DNA of 64,000 bases from Candidatus Melainabacteria bacterium 17Bon1m (GTDB taxonomy: Bacteria; Cyanobacteriota; Vampirovibrionia; Obscuribacterales; Obscuribacteraceae): the NCBI GenBank assembly GCA_032128875.1, contig JAVLKG010000016.1, positions 16,329 through 80,328 on the forward strand, in the 5' to 3' direction. Under the pieces are notes generated by a model. The model was given only the letters and a program-made list of their open reading frames with translations, was not told the DNA's origin and ran no database searches. The translations under genes and the position numbers were made by a program. Below, in pieces: positions 10,023 to 19,915 of this stretch. Positions within the stretch are counted from its first letter, which is position 1, and every line of letters starts with the position of its first letter.

Positions 10023-12377
10023 ATGCAAGCTGGGCAGCAAAGTACTAAGGCTATGGCATTGGCTGACGATGGCATTGCGCTATACAAAGCTGGACGTTTC
10101 TCCGAGGCACAGAGGACATTCCAAACTGCTGTGCGCTACGGACGCGAAGAATCTCTCGGGCGACAGCAGATGTGCCAGTTGCTCAATAATCTCGCAGTCG
10201 TCCATATTAGTCTTTCAAAATATCTTGATGCGGAAAGCAACTTAAAAGAGGCTTTCTCACTGCTAGATCATGCGGATGCAAAGTCCGAACCCGGCATTAA
10301 ACTCACCCGTGCCCTTCTGCTCAACACTTTCGTCAATCTTTGGTATGTGCACAATCAATACGCCAAGATGGAAGATGGGCTCAATGAGGCGCTTGAGCTT
10401 CTGAAGGAAGAGAACAAACTGCTTTATGCGGGCGAGATGCTCTGGCAAATCGCAGTGCTCAGGCATGAGAGAGCGCTCCTGGAAGAAGGAAGCGAGGCGG
10501 TAAACCGCCTGGAGAGCCTCTATAAGGAATATGCCGAGAATAAGGCTCAGCAGAATACGCGCGCATACCGTGATGAGGCTTGCTGCGGCTGGCCGCGATT
10601 TGGGTTTGGGTGGGACGAGAAGGTCTATTTTGATGATGTCGAGAAAGAGTCTGCGGTAAAGATTTCGATGTTGCGTGCAGGCTTCTCGCAAGCTTTGGCT
10701 GAGGCGAAGGAGCATTGCCAGAACGGGCTCGATCTTTGCGCGGAGTTAGACTCAGAGCCCGCGTTCTATCTGGCGCGGCTTTTAGCGATTAAGAGTGACC
10801 TGTCTCGTGATTCCGACGAGCGAACAAAGGCTCATGAACTGGCTCGCGAGGCTCTGGAAGTTGCCGAAAAATTGTATGGACGCGAGCATCCTGCCGTGGC
10901 TGGGTATTTGCTGAAGACAGTCGCTGCGCGCGTTTTCCTGGAAGACCGCTCACAGTATGAGCCCATGGTGGCGCGAGCCATGGAAATCATGCTCAATGGA
11001 TTTGGCGAGCGGCATTACAGCACAGCACGTGCGCTCATTATGTCGTCTGATTTCATGGCATTGCAGGGAATGAGCCAAAACATTCTCTTGGAGCGAGAAC
11101 AGCTCATAAAGCGCGGTATCGATACTCTGGGCGACTTGCTGGAGCCGACTCACCCAGATCTTGTGAAAGCTGAAGTCTCTCTGGCTGAGGTTTATCGTGC
11201 CACCGGACGCCTCGAAGAAGCCGAATCGATTCTGAAGGCTGCCATCGAAAAGCTAGATGGACAAGCGGAGTCGATTCAGTTGCTTTTGAACATCCGACGT
11301 ACGCTGATCAATTTTTATATGCGTCTTGGTCGCGACGATGAGCTGGTGAAGTGTCTTCACAAGCAGAAAGAGCAAATCAGTGAATTGAGTATGACCAAGC
11401 CGCAACGCGTCGGCCGCATGATGGAGCTAGCGCATGACTTTAGCTCAATCGGTAAATTCGATGATGCAGAAGATCTGTTGAAGCGTGGGCTGTGTCTGAG
11501 TTCTGATGGTGATGACTGGTACAAAGCTTTCGTTATGAAACTCGCCCAACTCTATGCGGATTCAGGTAGAGAAGACGAGGCGCGCTCAATTCTCGCCACC
11601 ATCAAGATCGCGGAAGGCAACTCATCCAATGCGCTTCAGGAACGTTTCAAGATCGCGAGCATTTTGTGTGTGTTCGATCCCGCTGAAGCAATGAAGCGAG
11701 CGCAGGAGGTGTTTGACACCGCTTGCGAAAACTTGCCTGAATGCGCGCAACCCTTTGGCTTTGCCGCAGCGCTGCTAATCGAAGAATACCTGCGTACCGA
11801 GCGGCTTGATGATGCGCATAGAATCAGTAACGTCCTTATGACGCACAAAAACTCAATGGGATTGATGGGCATCACTTCGATTCCTGTGTTCTTGCGCGGG
11901 ATTGCCTCTGCCTTCTCGGAGAAGCGGGACAAGCGTGCCGAGGCGATGTATGAAAAGGCAGTGGCGGCGGCGGAGGATGTTTCCGGTTTTCAGCCAGAAG
12001 TGCTGGAATACACGCTTGGCGATTGTGCCGAGTTTTACGTCAATATCAATCAGGCTGAGAAAGCTGAGAAGGTCTTGCGCCGGCTATCGGCTCTCAGACT
12101 CGACCTTTACGGTGAGAAAAACCTTGAATATGCCGGAACCTTATTAGGATTGTCAGCGATTCAGCACGAACTCAGAAAGAGCAAAGAAGCGGACGCAATG
12201 AGCGAGAAGGCGGTTGCAATTTTGGAGGAGCTAGACGCGGAAGCTGAACTTCTTATAAAGGCTCTCGAATTGCGAGTTGCCATTTTGCGCCAGCAGAATC
12301 GGCATCTGGATGCCAGTGCCGCAGAGGATCGCAAGAAGGCTTTGCTTAAGAGCCAGCGCCAGAAGCCTGCCAAGTAG
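10023..12377 (+). CDS. Tetratricopeptide repeat protein
   Basis: LNNLAVVH, YGREHPAVA, THPDLV...LAEVYRATGRLEEAE: kinesin-light-chain-type TPRs. Confidence 0.85.
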   Translation: MQAGQQSTKAMALADDGIALYKAGRFSEAQRTFQTAVRYGREESLGRQQMCQLLNNLAVVHISLSKYLDAESNLKEAFSLLDHADAKSEPGIKLTRALLLNTFVNLWYVHNQYAKMEDGLNEALELLKEENKLLYAGEMLWQIAVLRHERALLEEGSEAVNRLESLYKEYAENKAQQNTRAYRDEACCGWPRFGFGWDEKVYFDDVEKESAVKISMLRAGFSQALAEAKEHCQNGLDLCAELDSEPAFYLARLLAIKSDLSRDSDERTKAHELAREALEVAEKLYGREHPAVAGYLLKTVAARVFLEDRSQYEPMVARAMEIMLNGFGERHYSTARALIMSSDFMALQGMSQNILLEREQLIKRGIDTLGDLLEPTHPDLVKAEVSLAEVYRATGRLEEAESILKAAIEKLDGQAESIQLLLNIRRTLINFYMRLGRDDELVKCLHKQKEQISELSMTKPQRVGRMMELAHDFSSIGKFDDAEDLLKRGLCLSSDGDDWYKAFVMKLAQLYADSGREDEARSILATIKIAEGNSSNALQERFKIASILCVFDPAEAMKRAQEVFDTACENLPECAQPFGFAAALLIEEYLRTERLDDAHRISNVLMTHKNSMGLMGITSIPVFLRGIASAFSEKRDKRAEAMYEKAVAAAEDVSGFQPEVLEYTLGDCAEFYVNINQAEKAEKVLRRLSALRLDLYGEKNLEYAGTLLGLSAIQHELRKSKEADAMSEKAVAILEELDAEAELLIKALELRVAILRQQNRHLDASAAEDRKKALLKSQRQKPAK

Positions 12378-12459
12378 TGCTTCTTTCGCGAGCGTTCAAA
12401 ACTAAAACGCATCCCGCTGCGATCGCGGAATGCATTGTCAGTACTGAGGTTTAAAAATA

Positions 12460-12533
12460 TGGGCCATCCTGGACTCGAACCAGGGACCTCACCCTTATCA
12501 GGGGTGCGCTCTAGCCACCTGAGCTAATAGCCC
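12460..12533 (-). tRNA. tRNA-Ile (GAT)
   Basis: GGGCTATTAGCTCAGGTGGCTAGAGCGCACCCCTGATAAGGGTGAGGTCCCTGGTTCGAGTCCAGGATGGCCCA; full cloverleaf, no encoded CCA tail after the discriminator. Confidence 0.97.
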
Positions 12534-12782
12534 TCAGCTGTTGACCATACTAACACCCGAGGCATTGATAAGCCAAGCCTGGGCGCACAGTCACGTAAAC
12601 GAAGCCTTTTTAAGAAATGCCAGCGGGTGCCGGAAAGCTAAGCAGGTTGGGGCTTTTGAAGTTTATCGGTCGCTGCGGCGATTGCGGACCGTTACGGTCT
12701 GTCTGAAACCCCCGATGTCAAGCAGGGGGTCGTTTGAGTCCAAAGTGTAACGGGAGTGCAGGGTCTTGGAGAGTTCGTTCGG

Positions 12783-12872
12783 TTTGTCTGGAATTACATA
12801 TTTGCTTGGATAGACAAATTTGGCTGGAACGACATATTCGGCTGGAAAGACATTTTTGGCTGGAACAACATA
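12783..12872. repeat. Five tandem 18-bp units (consensus TTTGGCTGGAACGACATA)
   Basis: Units start at 12783, 12801, 12819, 12837 and 12855. Confidence 0.85.
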
Positions 12873-12966
12873 AATGTATGGGTCCATACTCGGGCGGACC
12901 CACGAACTGTCTCGACTCGTTCGTTTGCCACCATATGCGGTGCGGATTTATTGAGTTTTGAAAAAT

Positions 12967-13039
12967 TGGAGATATGGGGATTCGAACCCCAGGCCTCACG
13001 GGTGCGATCCGTGCGCTCTACCAACTGAGCTATATCCCC
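12967..13039 (-). tRNA. tRNA-Ala (CGC)
   Basis: GGGGATATAGCTCAGTTGGTAGAGCGCACGGATCGCACCCGTGAGGCCTGGGGTTCGAATCCCCATATCTCCA; G3:U70 identity pair, anticodon CGC. Confidence 0.95.
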
Positions 13040-13133
13040 ACGTTCTTTGCCAATTATAACCCGGGCTCCCGGATGGATAGCAGTCAAGAACCAAAATCCC
13101 ACTTTGCGTCCATTTTCGTGTCTAATTAGACAG

Positions 13134-15002
13134 ATGCATGCGACCAATCTACTACTTTGGCGATTTTTCTCTTTTGCTGCGGCGGTAATTCTCTTCGCCG
13201 CCAGTTTGTTGTTCTTTGTCAACTTTGCGGTGGGCGGGTTCTTTGCAAGCAAAATGGGAGCCGAGCAGAATGATGTGCTCTTCTACGCCATTTACCCAGC
13301 GATTCTCAGCGCTATCGTCCTCCTCTTTTCGGCTTGGTCTTTACCGGGAAAGCTCTTCGAATTGATTGGCTATTTCTCCATTTTGGAGAAGATGGCGCGC
13401 TTCGAGCTTTCCTGGCGTGAAAAGCTGTCTGGTCCAAAATGGCTGACTGTAATGGGACCAACAGGCAAGCTTGCCGATGCGCTCCTGTGGCAAGGAAAAA
13501 CGGAAGAAGCCGAGAAGACTTACTACGAAGTGGCGGAATACTCGAAAGCGGCTGGTCTTTGGGCTTCTTTCATTGTCGGTCCAAGTCTTGAGAATTATGC
13601 GGAAAGGCTGGCCGCGACCGGTCGTTTGCTGGATTATGCGGACTGGAAAGGACGTTTTCGCGGCGCCACGGTTTCACGTCGCATCATTATTGTTCTTTGG
13701 CTCGCCATGTGCGTTTTGGCTGGTCAACAAGCACTTCGATACACAGCTCAGTCCGTCCCGACAATTGCCTCGTACTTGAGCTACCTGGGACGCTACGAAT
13801 TGGCTGACAGTGTACTTTCGTCCGGTAGTGAAATTCTGCATAAGTTTGCTCCGAACGCGCGCACCGAGGAAAACGGATTCAAAATCAAGATGGCGCAAAA
13901 CAACGTACGTTGGGGGCGCTTGGCAGATGCTGAAGTGCTTTATTACCAAGTAATGCCCGTCAAAGATGTTTTGGCGGGTAAGCATGATGCGGAAATTCGA
14001 GATGATGTAGAAGCCATCGGGATGTTGCAGGAGCTAGCATCGCTGAAAATGCGACGTGGTAGACCTGAAGAAGCTCGCCAGATTTTGAATAAGCTCTATA
14101 AACTTTATCCTTCTGCCAGTTTGCTTATTTCGCTTGCCGACCTGTATCTCGAAGAGGGGCAGCTGAAGCAGGCGGAAGAACAGATTGATAAAGCAGAAAA
14201 GTCAATTGCAAAAATTCCAGACGAGGACAATAAGAATTTCATTCGCCTCTCGACGCAACTTAGAAAAGGGCGGCTGCGCTTGATGGAAAAGAATGGAGCT
14301 GCGGCGGAAACGGAATTTAACACAGGGCTATTGAAAGTCGATGAAACAAAAGGCAAGCTTGAAAGTTTTCGTTTGCCTTGTCTGATTGGGCTAATGGAAG
14401 CGGCTCACATGCAGTCTGACGTGACGAAAGAGGAGAATTATCGAAAGGCTGTTCTTGCAGAAACGTTGAAATTGCAGGGCAGCAAAACACCGCTGGATGC
14501 GTCTGTTAGCTGCCATCAGTCAGCCGAAGCGATGGAGCGGTGCGGGCAGTATGAGATTGCAGACCAGCTACTTACTGACGGAATGAACAATATTCTCAAA
14601 GCTACGTCTGCGGATAATCCTGCAATAGCATCTTATTATGTGAAACGCGGCGAGGTTGCTTTGGCGCAAGGACATCTCGATGCAGCAGCGCATTTATGCC
14701 AAAAAGCAGTGAAGTTGATCAATGAAAAGGCGCTTAGTTCTGAGCATCCCGCGGTACTTGATGCAAATATTCTTGCGGGAATGACCTCGTTGAAACTAAA
14801 GATGCCGGATGAGGCTGCGTCATTTTTGTGGGAAGTGAAGCGCATTGTTGAAAAGAACGGACTGCAACGAATTGAACCTAAAGTCTCCGAAGCCTTGACT
14901 CAGTACAAAAACTTGCTGATTGAGCATGGCAACGATGCGCGCGCTGATGAAGTGCAGGGTTTACTTGATGCAACAAAGGTCAAGCAAAACAGTTACAATT
15001 AG
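13134..15002 (+). CDS. Membrane-anchored TPR protein
   Basis: N-terminal hydrophobic helices followed by TPR-like repeats; start uncertain (ATG 13134 chosen). Confidence 0.75.
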   Translation: MHATNLLLWRFFSFAAAVILFAASLLFFVNFAVGGFFASKMGAEQNDVLFYAIYPAILSAIVLLFSAWSLPGKLFELIGYFSILEKMARFELSWREKLSGPKWLTVMGPTGKLADALLWQGKTEEAEKTYYEVAEYSKAAGLWASFIVGPSLENYAERLAATGRLLDYADWKGRFRGATVSRRIIIVLWLAMCVLAGQQALRYTAQSVPTIASYLSYLGRYELADSVLSSGSEILHKFAPNARTEENGFKIKMAQNNVRWGRLADAEVLYYQVMPVKDVLAGKHDAEIRDDVEAIGMLQELASLKMRRGRPEEARQILNKLYKLYPSASLLISLADLYLEEGQLKQAEEQIDKAEKSIAKIPDEDNKNFIRLSTQLRKGRLRLMEKNGAAAETEFNTGLLKVDETKGKLESFRLPCLIGLMEAAHMQSDVTKEENYRKAVLAETLKLQGSKTPLDASVSCHQSAEAMERCGQYEIADQLLTDGMNNILKATSADNPAIASYYVKRGEVALAQGHLDAAAHLCQKAVKLINEKALSSEHPAVLDANILAGMTSLKLKMPDEAASFLWEVKRIVEKNGLQRIEPKVSEALTQYKNLLIEHGNDARADEVQGLLDATKVKQNSYN

Positions 15003-15036
15003 CCGCATCGTAAACCAGGCAATAAAGGAATTTGGA

Positions 15037-15720
15037 ATGCGTAACAACTTCCGTTCAAATTTGCTGCACTCATTTGCAGCACTTCTCGTAATAACTGCTC
15101 CAGTATTCACACAAGCTGCCAACGCTCAAGCAGCAGCACCCAGTGCTCCCGCTGCGGCACCAGCCGCTGACGCTGGTCCCACAATCGGCAAAGCCGCTCC
15201 CGCTTTCAGTCTGAAAGACTGCGACGGCAAAACCCGCAAGCTATCTGATTTTAAAGGCAAAATTGTTGTGCTTGAGTGGTTTAATCATGGATGTCCGTTT
15301 GTCAAAAAGCATTATGATTCAAACAACATGCAAGACTTGCAAAAGACATATACAGGCAAGGGCATAGTCTGGCTTTCCATCTGCTCTTCTGCAGAAGGCA
15401 AGCAAGGATTTGGAACTCCTGAAGAACATAAGAAAGCCTTCAAAGATAGAGGTGCGGCACCAACTGCGGTGCTAATCGACTCCGAAGGAACCGTTGGCCA
15501 CGCATACGGCGCGAAGACAACTCCCGCGATGTACGTTATCGATGGAAAGGGCACTCTCGTGTACTCCGGAGCAATCGACGACAACCGCACTCCAGACAAA
15601 GAAGCTGCGAAGACTGCGAAGAATTTCGTAGCTGCTGCTCTTAACGAAACACTTGCGAAGAAAGCTGTTGCGATTTCCTCGACGAAGTCCTATGGCTGCT
15701 CAATCAAATACAAGCAGTAA
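15037..15720 (+). CDS. Exported thioredoxin-fold (redoxin/AhpC-TSA-like) protein
   Basis: Signal peptide; GKIVVLEWFNHGCPFV, YGAKTTP, YSGAIDD, YGCSIKY. Confidence 0.9.
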   Translation: MRNNFRSNLLHSFAALLVITAPVFTQAANAQAAAPSAPAAAPAADAGPTIGKAAPAFSLKDCDGKTRKLSDFKGKIVVLEWFNHGCPFVKKHYDSNNMQDLQKTYTGKGIVWLSICSSAEGKQGFGTPEEHKKAFKDRGAAPTAVLIDSEGTVGHAYGAKTTPAMYVIDGKGTLVYSGAIDDNRTPDKEAAKTAKNFVAAALNETLAKKAVAISSTKSYGCSIKYKQ

Positions 15721-15726
15721 TTACTG

Positions 15727-15849
15727 TCGGGGCGACGCCATGCGTCGCCCGCTTTAATCCTGGGAGCGCCGGCGGCTCGCCGGCTTCGGGCGGCATTTAT
15801 GCCGCCCCTACAGCTACGAGATCGTAGGGGCGGCATTCATGCCGCCCGG
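15727..15849. repeat. REP-like palindrome cluster
   Basis: GGGCGACGCCATGCGTCGCCC, GGGCGGCATTTATGCCGCCCCTAC and inverted GTAGGGGCGGCATTCATGCCGCCC. Confidence 0.85.
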
Positions 15850-15916
15850 TGTCAAAAGAAACTGACACAGGTGTCACGGAATCTCTCTTCTTTTCCTCAT
15901 ATAACGGGAGAGCTTT

Positions 15917-16843
15917 ATGCATCCGCTGCTTAATCCCATGATGGTCGTGACCAACGTCGATCAAGTTTCGAAGTTCAAATTAACGGACTTCGAGACCCAC
16001 TTGGACCCAACAAAAGTTTTGATGTGTCCTCCAACATATTTCACTGTGGAATCAGTGGACAACCCATTTATGCAAGGTAATGTTGGAGCGGTTGATAAAG
16101 AGCTCGCCCAGAAGCAGTGGAATGATCTTAAAGCCGTGTACGAGTCTCTCGGCGTTGAAGTCAAAATTATCGAACCTGTAGAAGATCTCGAAGACATGGT
16201 TTTCGCGGCAAATCAGGTGCTTCCCGGCGCCTATCCGAATGGAAGACCATTCGTAATTCTCGGGGAAATGCGCAATGAGAAGAGAAACCAGGAAGTTCCG
16301 TGGTATCGCAAATGGTTCCAAGAAAACAACTATCACATAATCGATATATTTGATTCTAAGGACAATAAAAAGCACAGCCCCTGCTTTGAAGGACAGGGCG
16401 ATGCGATTTGGCATCCGGGCCGGAAGCTTCTCTATTGCGCGTTTGGACCTCGCACTGACGTAGAATCTGCGACGCTTTTGAACATGACACTAGTAAGTCC
16501 GGTCGTTCAATTGAAACTCGCAGATCCGCGCTTCTACCACCTCGACACTTGCTTTTTCGCGATCAATGAATGGACAGTAGCGATTTACGAAGGCGCCTTT
16601 GATGAACGAGGTCTAGCGCTAATCAGGCACTTCTTCAAGAACGTCATCTCGGTCAGCGAAAAGGAAGCATTGAACTTCGCTTTGAACGCAGTTGCGATCA
16701 AGGACGACATCATTTTGCAAAAAGGCTCTCCCGAGTTTGTCGCCGCGTTGAAGAAATACGGCTTCAACGCAATCGAAGTTGACACCAGCGAATTCATGAA
16801 ATCTGGCGGCAGCGTCTTCTGCATGAAGATGATGGTGTATTAG
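15917..16843 (+). CDS. Amidinotransferase/dimethylargininase (arginine deiminase superfamily) protein
   Basis: VLMCPP, DMVFAAN, FEGQGD, FYHLDTCF, GGSVFCM catalytic motifs. Confidence 0.92.
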   Translation: MHPLLNPMMVVTNVDQVSKFKLTDFETHLDPTKVLMCPPTYFTVESVDNPFMQGNVGAVDKELAQKQWNDLKAVYESLGVEVKIIEPVEDLEDMVFAANQVLPGAYPNGRPFVILGEMRNEKRNQEVPWYRKWFQENNYHIIDIFDSKDNKKHSPCFEGQGDAIWHPGRKLLYCAFGPRTDVESATLLNMTLVSPVVQLKLADPRFYHLDTCFFAINEWTVAIYEGAFDERGLALIRHFFKNVISVSEKEALNFALNAVAIKDDIILQKGSPEFVAALKKYGFNAIEVDTSEFMKSGGSVFCMKMMVY

Positions 16844-16852
16844 ACTAGATAT

Positions 16853-17395
16853 GTGAGTACGCGATACATCAATGCATTTGCAATAGGAGTCGTTGTCGGC
16901 GTCTTCCTGTTGGTATGCGCAGCATTTGCCCCCTACATCGATAATTTTTACACTGACCCGTATAGCCATGTACTCGGTTGTGTTCTGTTGCGATTTCGCG
17001 AGCTTTTCCTGGAGCATGGGCAATATTTTTTGCTGATCCCGGTGTGCCTTGTGTGTGGATTAGCAAAACTAGAGAGTATGAGTGAGTCTAACCTCGCTGG
17101 AGTGGCTTGTCGCAGAGCGCTCAAACTTACTGGTCTAATATTACTGGGTGTGTTTGCTGTAACCTTGGCACCACTGTCATTACTTGGATTTGAGTTCTCA
17201 CAAACTACCTTGTTGTTCGATGTTCTTGCGGTAACTCGCAACCTCGTTCAATTGCTCTGTGTTGGTCTTTTTCTCGCCGTGTGCGGTCCGGCTGAGGTGC
17301 TCTTACTTGTTACGTTTGTCTACCATCTAGACCGAGCTCATAAGCACACTGAGGAGGCAAATTCGATTCAGTTGAGTATAACGCCGAATGATTAA
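16853..17395 (+). CDS. Integral membrane protein, paralog 1 of 3
   Basis: RYINAFAIG...LLRF...RRALKLTG motifs shared with the two neighbours; hydrophobic helices. Confidence 0.75.
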   Translation: MSTRYINAFAIGVVVGVFLLVCAAFAPYIDNFYTDPYSHVLGCVLLRFRELFLEHGQYFLLIPVCLVCGLAKLESMSESNLAGVACRRALKLTGLILLGVFAVTLAPLSLLGFEFSQTTLLFDVLAVTRNLVQLLCVGLFLAVCGPAEVLLLVTFVYHLDRAHKHTEEANSIQLSITPND

Positions 17396-17451
17396 TGAAA
17401 TCCGGCGGCAGCGTCTTTTGCATGTAGATGATGGTGTATTAGACTAGATTT

Positions 17452-18042
17452 GTGAATAAGCGATACATCAGAGCTATCTTAATCGGTGCTGCTATCGGCC
17501 TTTATTTCTTGGGTAGCAATGCTTGCTTTCCGGAGGGGCTGTTTCAGTTCATTCCCTATCACCTCGTGAGGCACGTCCCCTTTTGGGATTTCAATCAAGG
17601 AGTGGATGCAAGCAATGTGTCCATAACGCTTCAGTACAGGGCTATTTTTTTGCGGTTCTGTCTATTGTTTCTTGAGTATGGCTTTTACTTTTTGGCAATT
17701 CCTATTGCCTTTTCCTGCTCAATGGTGAGGCTAAATGAAGGCGATGAACAGTTCAGTAGTTGGATCCTTTTGAGAAGATCACTAAAGTTAACGGGAGCCA
17801 TAATGCTCTCGCTCTATCTAATCGGTTGCTCGTTTGGACTTCTTGGCGGAGGTTGGTATTCCACGTTCGCAGATCCGAAGTTTCCAGTCATTGCTTTTTT
17901 CAGCCTATGTGAAGCATTTAAATATGCGGTCTTCTACGGAGCTGCAGAAGTAATTCTGTTCTTAGCGTTTTGCTGGGAGCTAAACTACTCCGCTTACACA
18001 GAACCAATTAACACAGTGAAACCTCTGCAAACGATTGATTAA
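17452..18042 (+). CDS. Integral membrane protein, paralog 2 of 3
   Basis: MNKRYIRAILIG...PFWD...LRF...RRSLKLTG. Confidence 0.75.
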   Translation: MNKRYIRAILIGAAIGLYFLGSNACFPEGLFQFIPYHLVRHVPFWDFNQGVDASNVSITLQYRAIFLRFCLLFLEYGFYFLAIPIAFSCSMVRLNEGDEQFSSWILLRRSLKLTGAIMLSLYLIGCSFGLLGGGWYSTFADPKFPVIAFFSLCEAFKYAVFYGAAEVILFLAFCWELNYSAYTEPINTVKPLQTID

Positions 18043-18045
18043 CTC

Positions 18046-18672
18046 GTGAACAAGCGATACATCAAAGCAATTCTAATCGGTGCGGCTTTAGGCCTCGCAA
18101 CGCTTTTGAGTTGGGCGACTTGCCATAGCCTGACTGCATTCACTTTTGCGGGTGTTCCGATGTCCTACATTCCGTTTTGGGATACCCACTCTTCCGCATA
18201 TAGACATGTTAGACCCGACCTACAGGCTGCGGCGGTACTGTTGCGATTTTGCATGCTGCTATTCCATAACGGCTACAATTTTCTTCCTCCAATTCTTGTC
18301 TGTTGTCTAATTGCTAAATTGGAGGATTTGAAAGATTCCAACATCGCTGGAGTAGCTTTTCGACGGGCGCTCAAGGCTACAGGATTGGTATTGCTTGGTT
18401 TATGGCTCTTGGGTTTGATTGCGTTCGCCATAATTGCCCGTGATGGCTTATCACCCTATTTGAGTTGGGATATCATACCTCTAGCTGCGCTCGAGTTTAT
18501 CGGATTCATTCCTGTTTCAATAGCCGAAGGATTATCGCTCAGCGTTTATGTAGGCATATCTCCGGTAATCTTTGCTGCGTCCCTTATTTGCCATTACTGT
18601 GCTGCAAAACAAGAATGGTCCAAGAGAATCGCACAAGTTCAAAGCGAATGCGCTGATGTTCACCAGAAATGA
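18046..18672 (+). CDS. Integral membrane protein, paralog 3 of 3
   Basis: MNKRYIKAILIG...PFWD...LLRF...SNIAGVAFRRALKATG. Confidence 0.75.
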   Translation: MNKRYIKAILIGAALGLATLLSWATCHSLTAFTFAGVPMSYIPFWDTHSSAYRHVRPDLQAAAVLLRFCMLLFHNGYNFLPPILVCCLIAKLEDLKDSNIAGVAFRRALKATGLVLLGLWLLGLIAFAIIARDGLSPYLSWDIIPLAALEFIGFIPVSIAEGLSLSVYVGISPVIFAASLICHYCAAKQEWSKRIAQVQSECADVHQK

Positions 18673-19886
18673 TGTACGAAGGTTTTAAGTTGAAACATCG
18701 CGATATGCTGTGTCACTGTACGTCATCGGTTTTCCTTGCTGCAGCATGCACCTTGTTTATTTCTGTGCCACGAGTGAGCGCGGACACTTCGTTTGATTCT
18801 GGCGTGAAGCAGTTTGCGCAGGGGAAGTATCAAGAAGCGCTGACGTCGTTTCAGGCTTCGGAATCCGGCGGAATGAAAGAGGCGAAGCTCTATTACTACG
18901 AGGCACTCTGCAATCAGCAGTTGAAGAACTACGACAAAGCGCGATTGCTATTTCAGTACGTGGTGAATAAGTTTCCCCAATCCGATGCGGCTATTTTGGC
19001 AAACCAGGCGCTAGGTGTTCGAAGCGCGCAGCCCGCTGCGCCGGCGCCCGCTCCGCAAGCTGCTACACAACCGGAAGAGGCTACTGTTCCATTTGCCAGC
19101 AGTCCTTTTGCCAGCCACATTTATGTGAATGTCCTGGTCAATGGACAACCAATAACGATGATGCTCGACACTGGAGCATCGTACACGACTTTTGCTCAGT
19201 CGGTTTTGACCAATAACAACATCAAAATTCCGACAGTGAAAAACGCAATGCGCGTTACGGGAGTCGGCGGGGAATCTAGCGTTTCGGTAGGGCGAGTGAT
19301 AATTCAATTTGGCGAGGTTAGTCAGCTCGTTCCGATTTGCATTCAGGACGATACTATTCCTGGCACGGCGAGTTCAGTGCCGTTGCTTGGTCAGTCGTTT
19401 CTCTCGGCGTTCAACTACGAAATTGATTATCGCGCGCGAACTGTCAAAGTCATGCGCGTAAAATCGGAAGCTGTGCAGAAGCCGAAGCGTGGCGCATCAT
19501 CTTACTCTCGTGATCCTAACGCTGTTCCATTTCGAAGAGAAGGCAATCTAATTGAAGTGACCGCAAAAATCAACGGTCGCGAGTGCGACATGATTTTGGA
19601 CACCGGTGCAGAGTCGGTCGCGTTTTCAGACAAAGCGTTAGCTGCACTAGGTCTCAACGTGCCCACCAACTCTCGACGCCTTATCGCGAGTGGCGTTGGC
19701 GGACACAGAGAAGGGTATTCATTTACATTGAACGAAGTCCAACTAGGTCCGATTGTCAAAAAGTACGTGCGTGCAGGTTCGGCGAACTACATGGCTATTT
19801 CGAAGCCACTTCTAGGACATTCGTTTTTTGAAGGAACAGCATTCACTGTGGACAATGAAGCGCACGTGCTGAGGTTTACACCTTGA
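18669..19886 (+). CDS. Exported TPR + tandem retropepsin-like aspartyl protease
   Basis: Two LDTGA motifs, each followed by GVGG and LLG(Q/H)SF; N-terminal signal and TPR. Confidence 0.9.
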   Translation: MMYEGFKLKHRDMLCHCTSSVFLAAACTLFISVPRVSADTSFDSGVKQFAQGKYQEALTSFQASESGGMKEAKLYYYEALCNQQLKNYDKARLLFQYVVNKFPQSDAAILANQALGVRSAQPAAPAPAPQAATQPEEATVPFASSPFASHIYVNVLVNGQPITMMLDTGASYTTFAQSVLTNNNIKIPTVKNAMRVTGVGGESSVSVGRVIIQFGEVSQLVPICIQDDTIPGTASSVPLLGQSFLSAFNYEIDYRARTVKVMRVKSEAVQKPKRGASSYSRDPNAVPFRREGNLIEVTAKINGRECDMILDTGAESVAFSDKALAALGLNVPTNSRRLIASGVGGHREGYSFTLNEVQLGPIVKKYVRAGSANYMAISKPLLGHSFFEGTAFTVDNEAHVLRFTP

Positions 19887-19887
19887 A

Positions 19888-19915
19888 AATAGGTCGACGC
19901 ATGGCGTCGACCCTA
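19888..19915. repeat. REP-like palindrome between convergent genes
   Basis: TAGGTCGACGCATGGCGTCGACCCTA. Confidence 0.7.

Noticed and set aside
12460-13039. rRNA operon spacer or prophage att site
   Set aside because: No rRNA sequence, integrase or duplicated tRNA 3' end seen.
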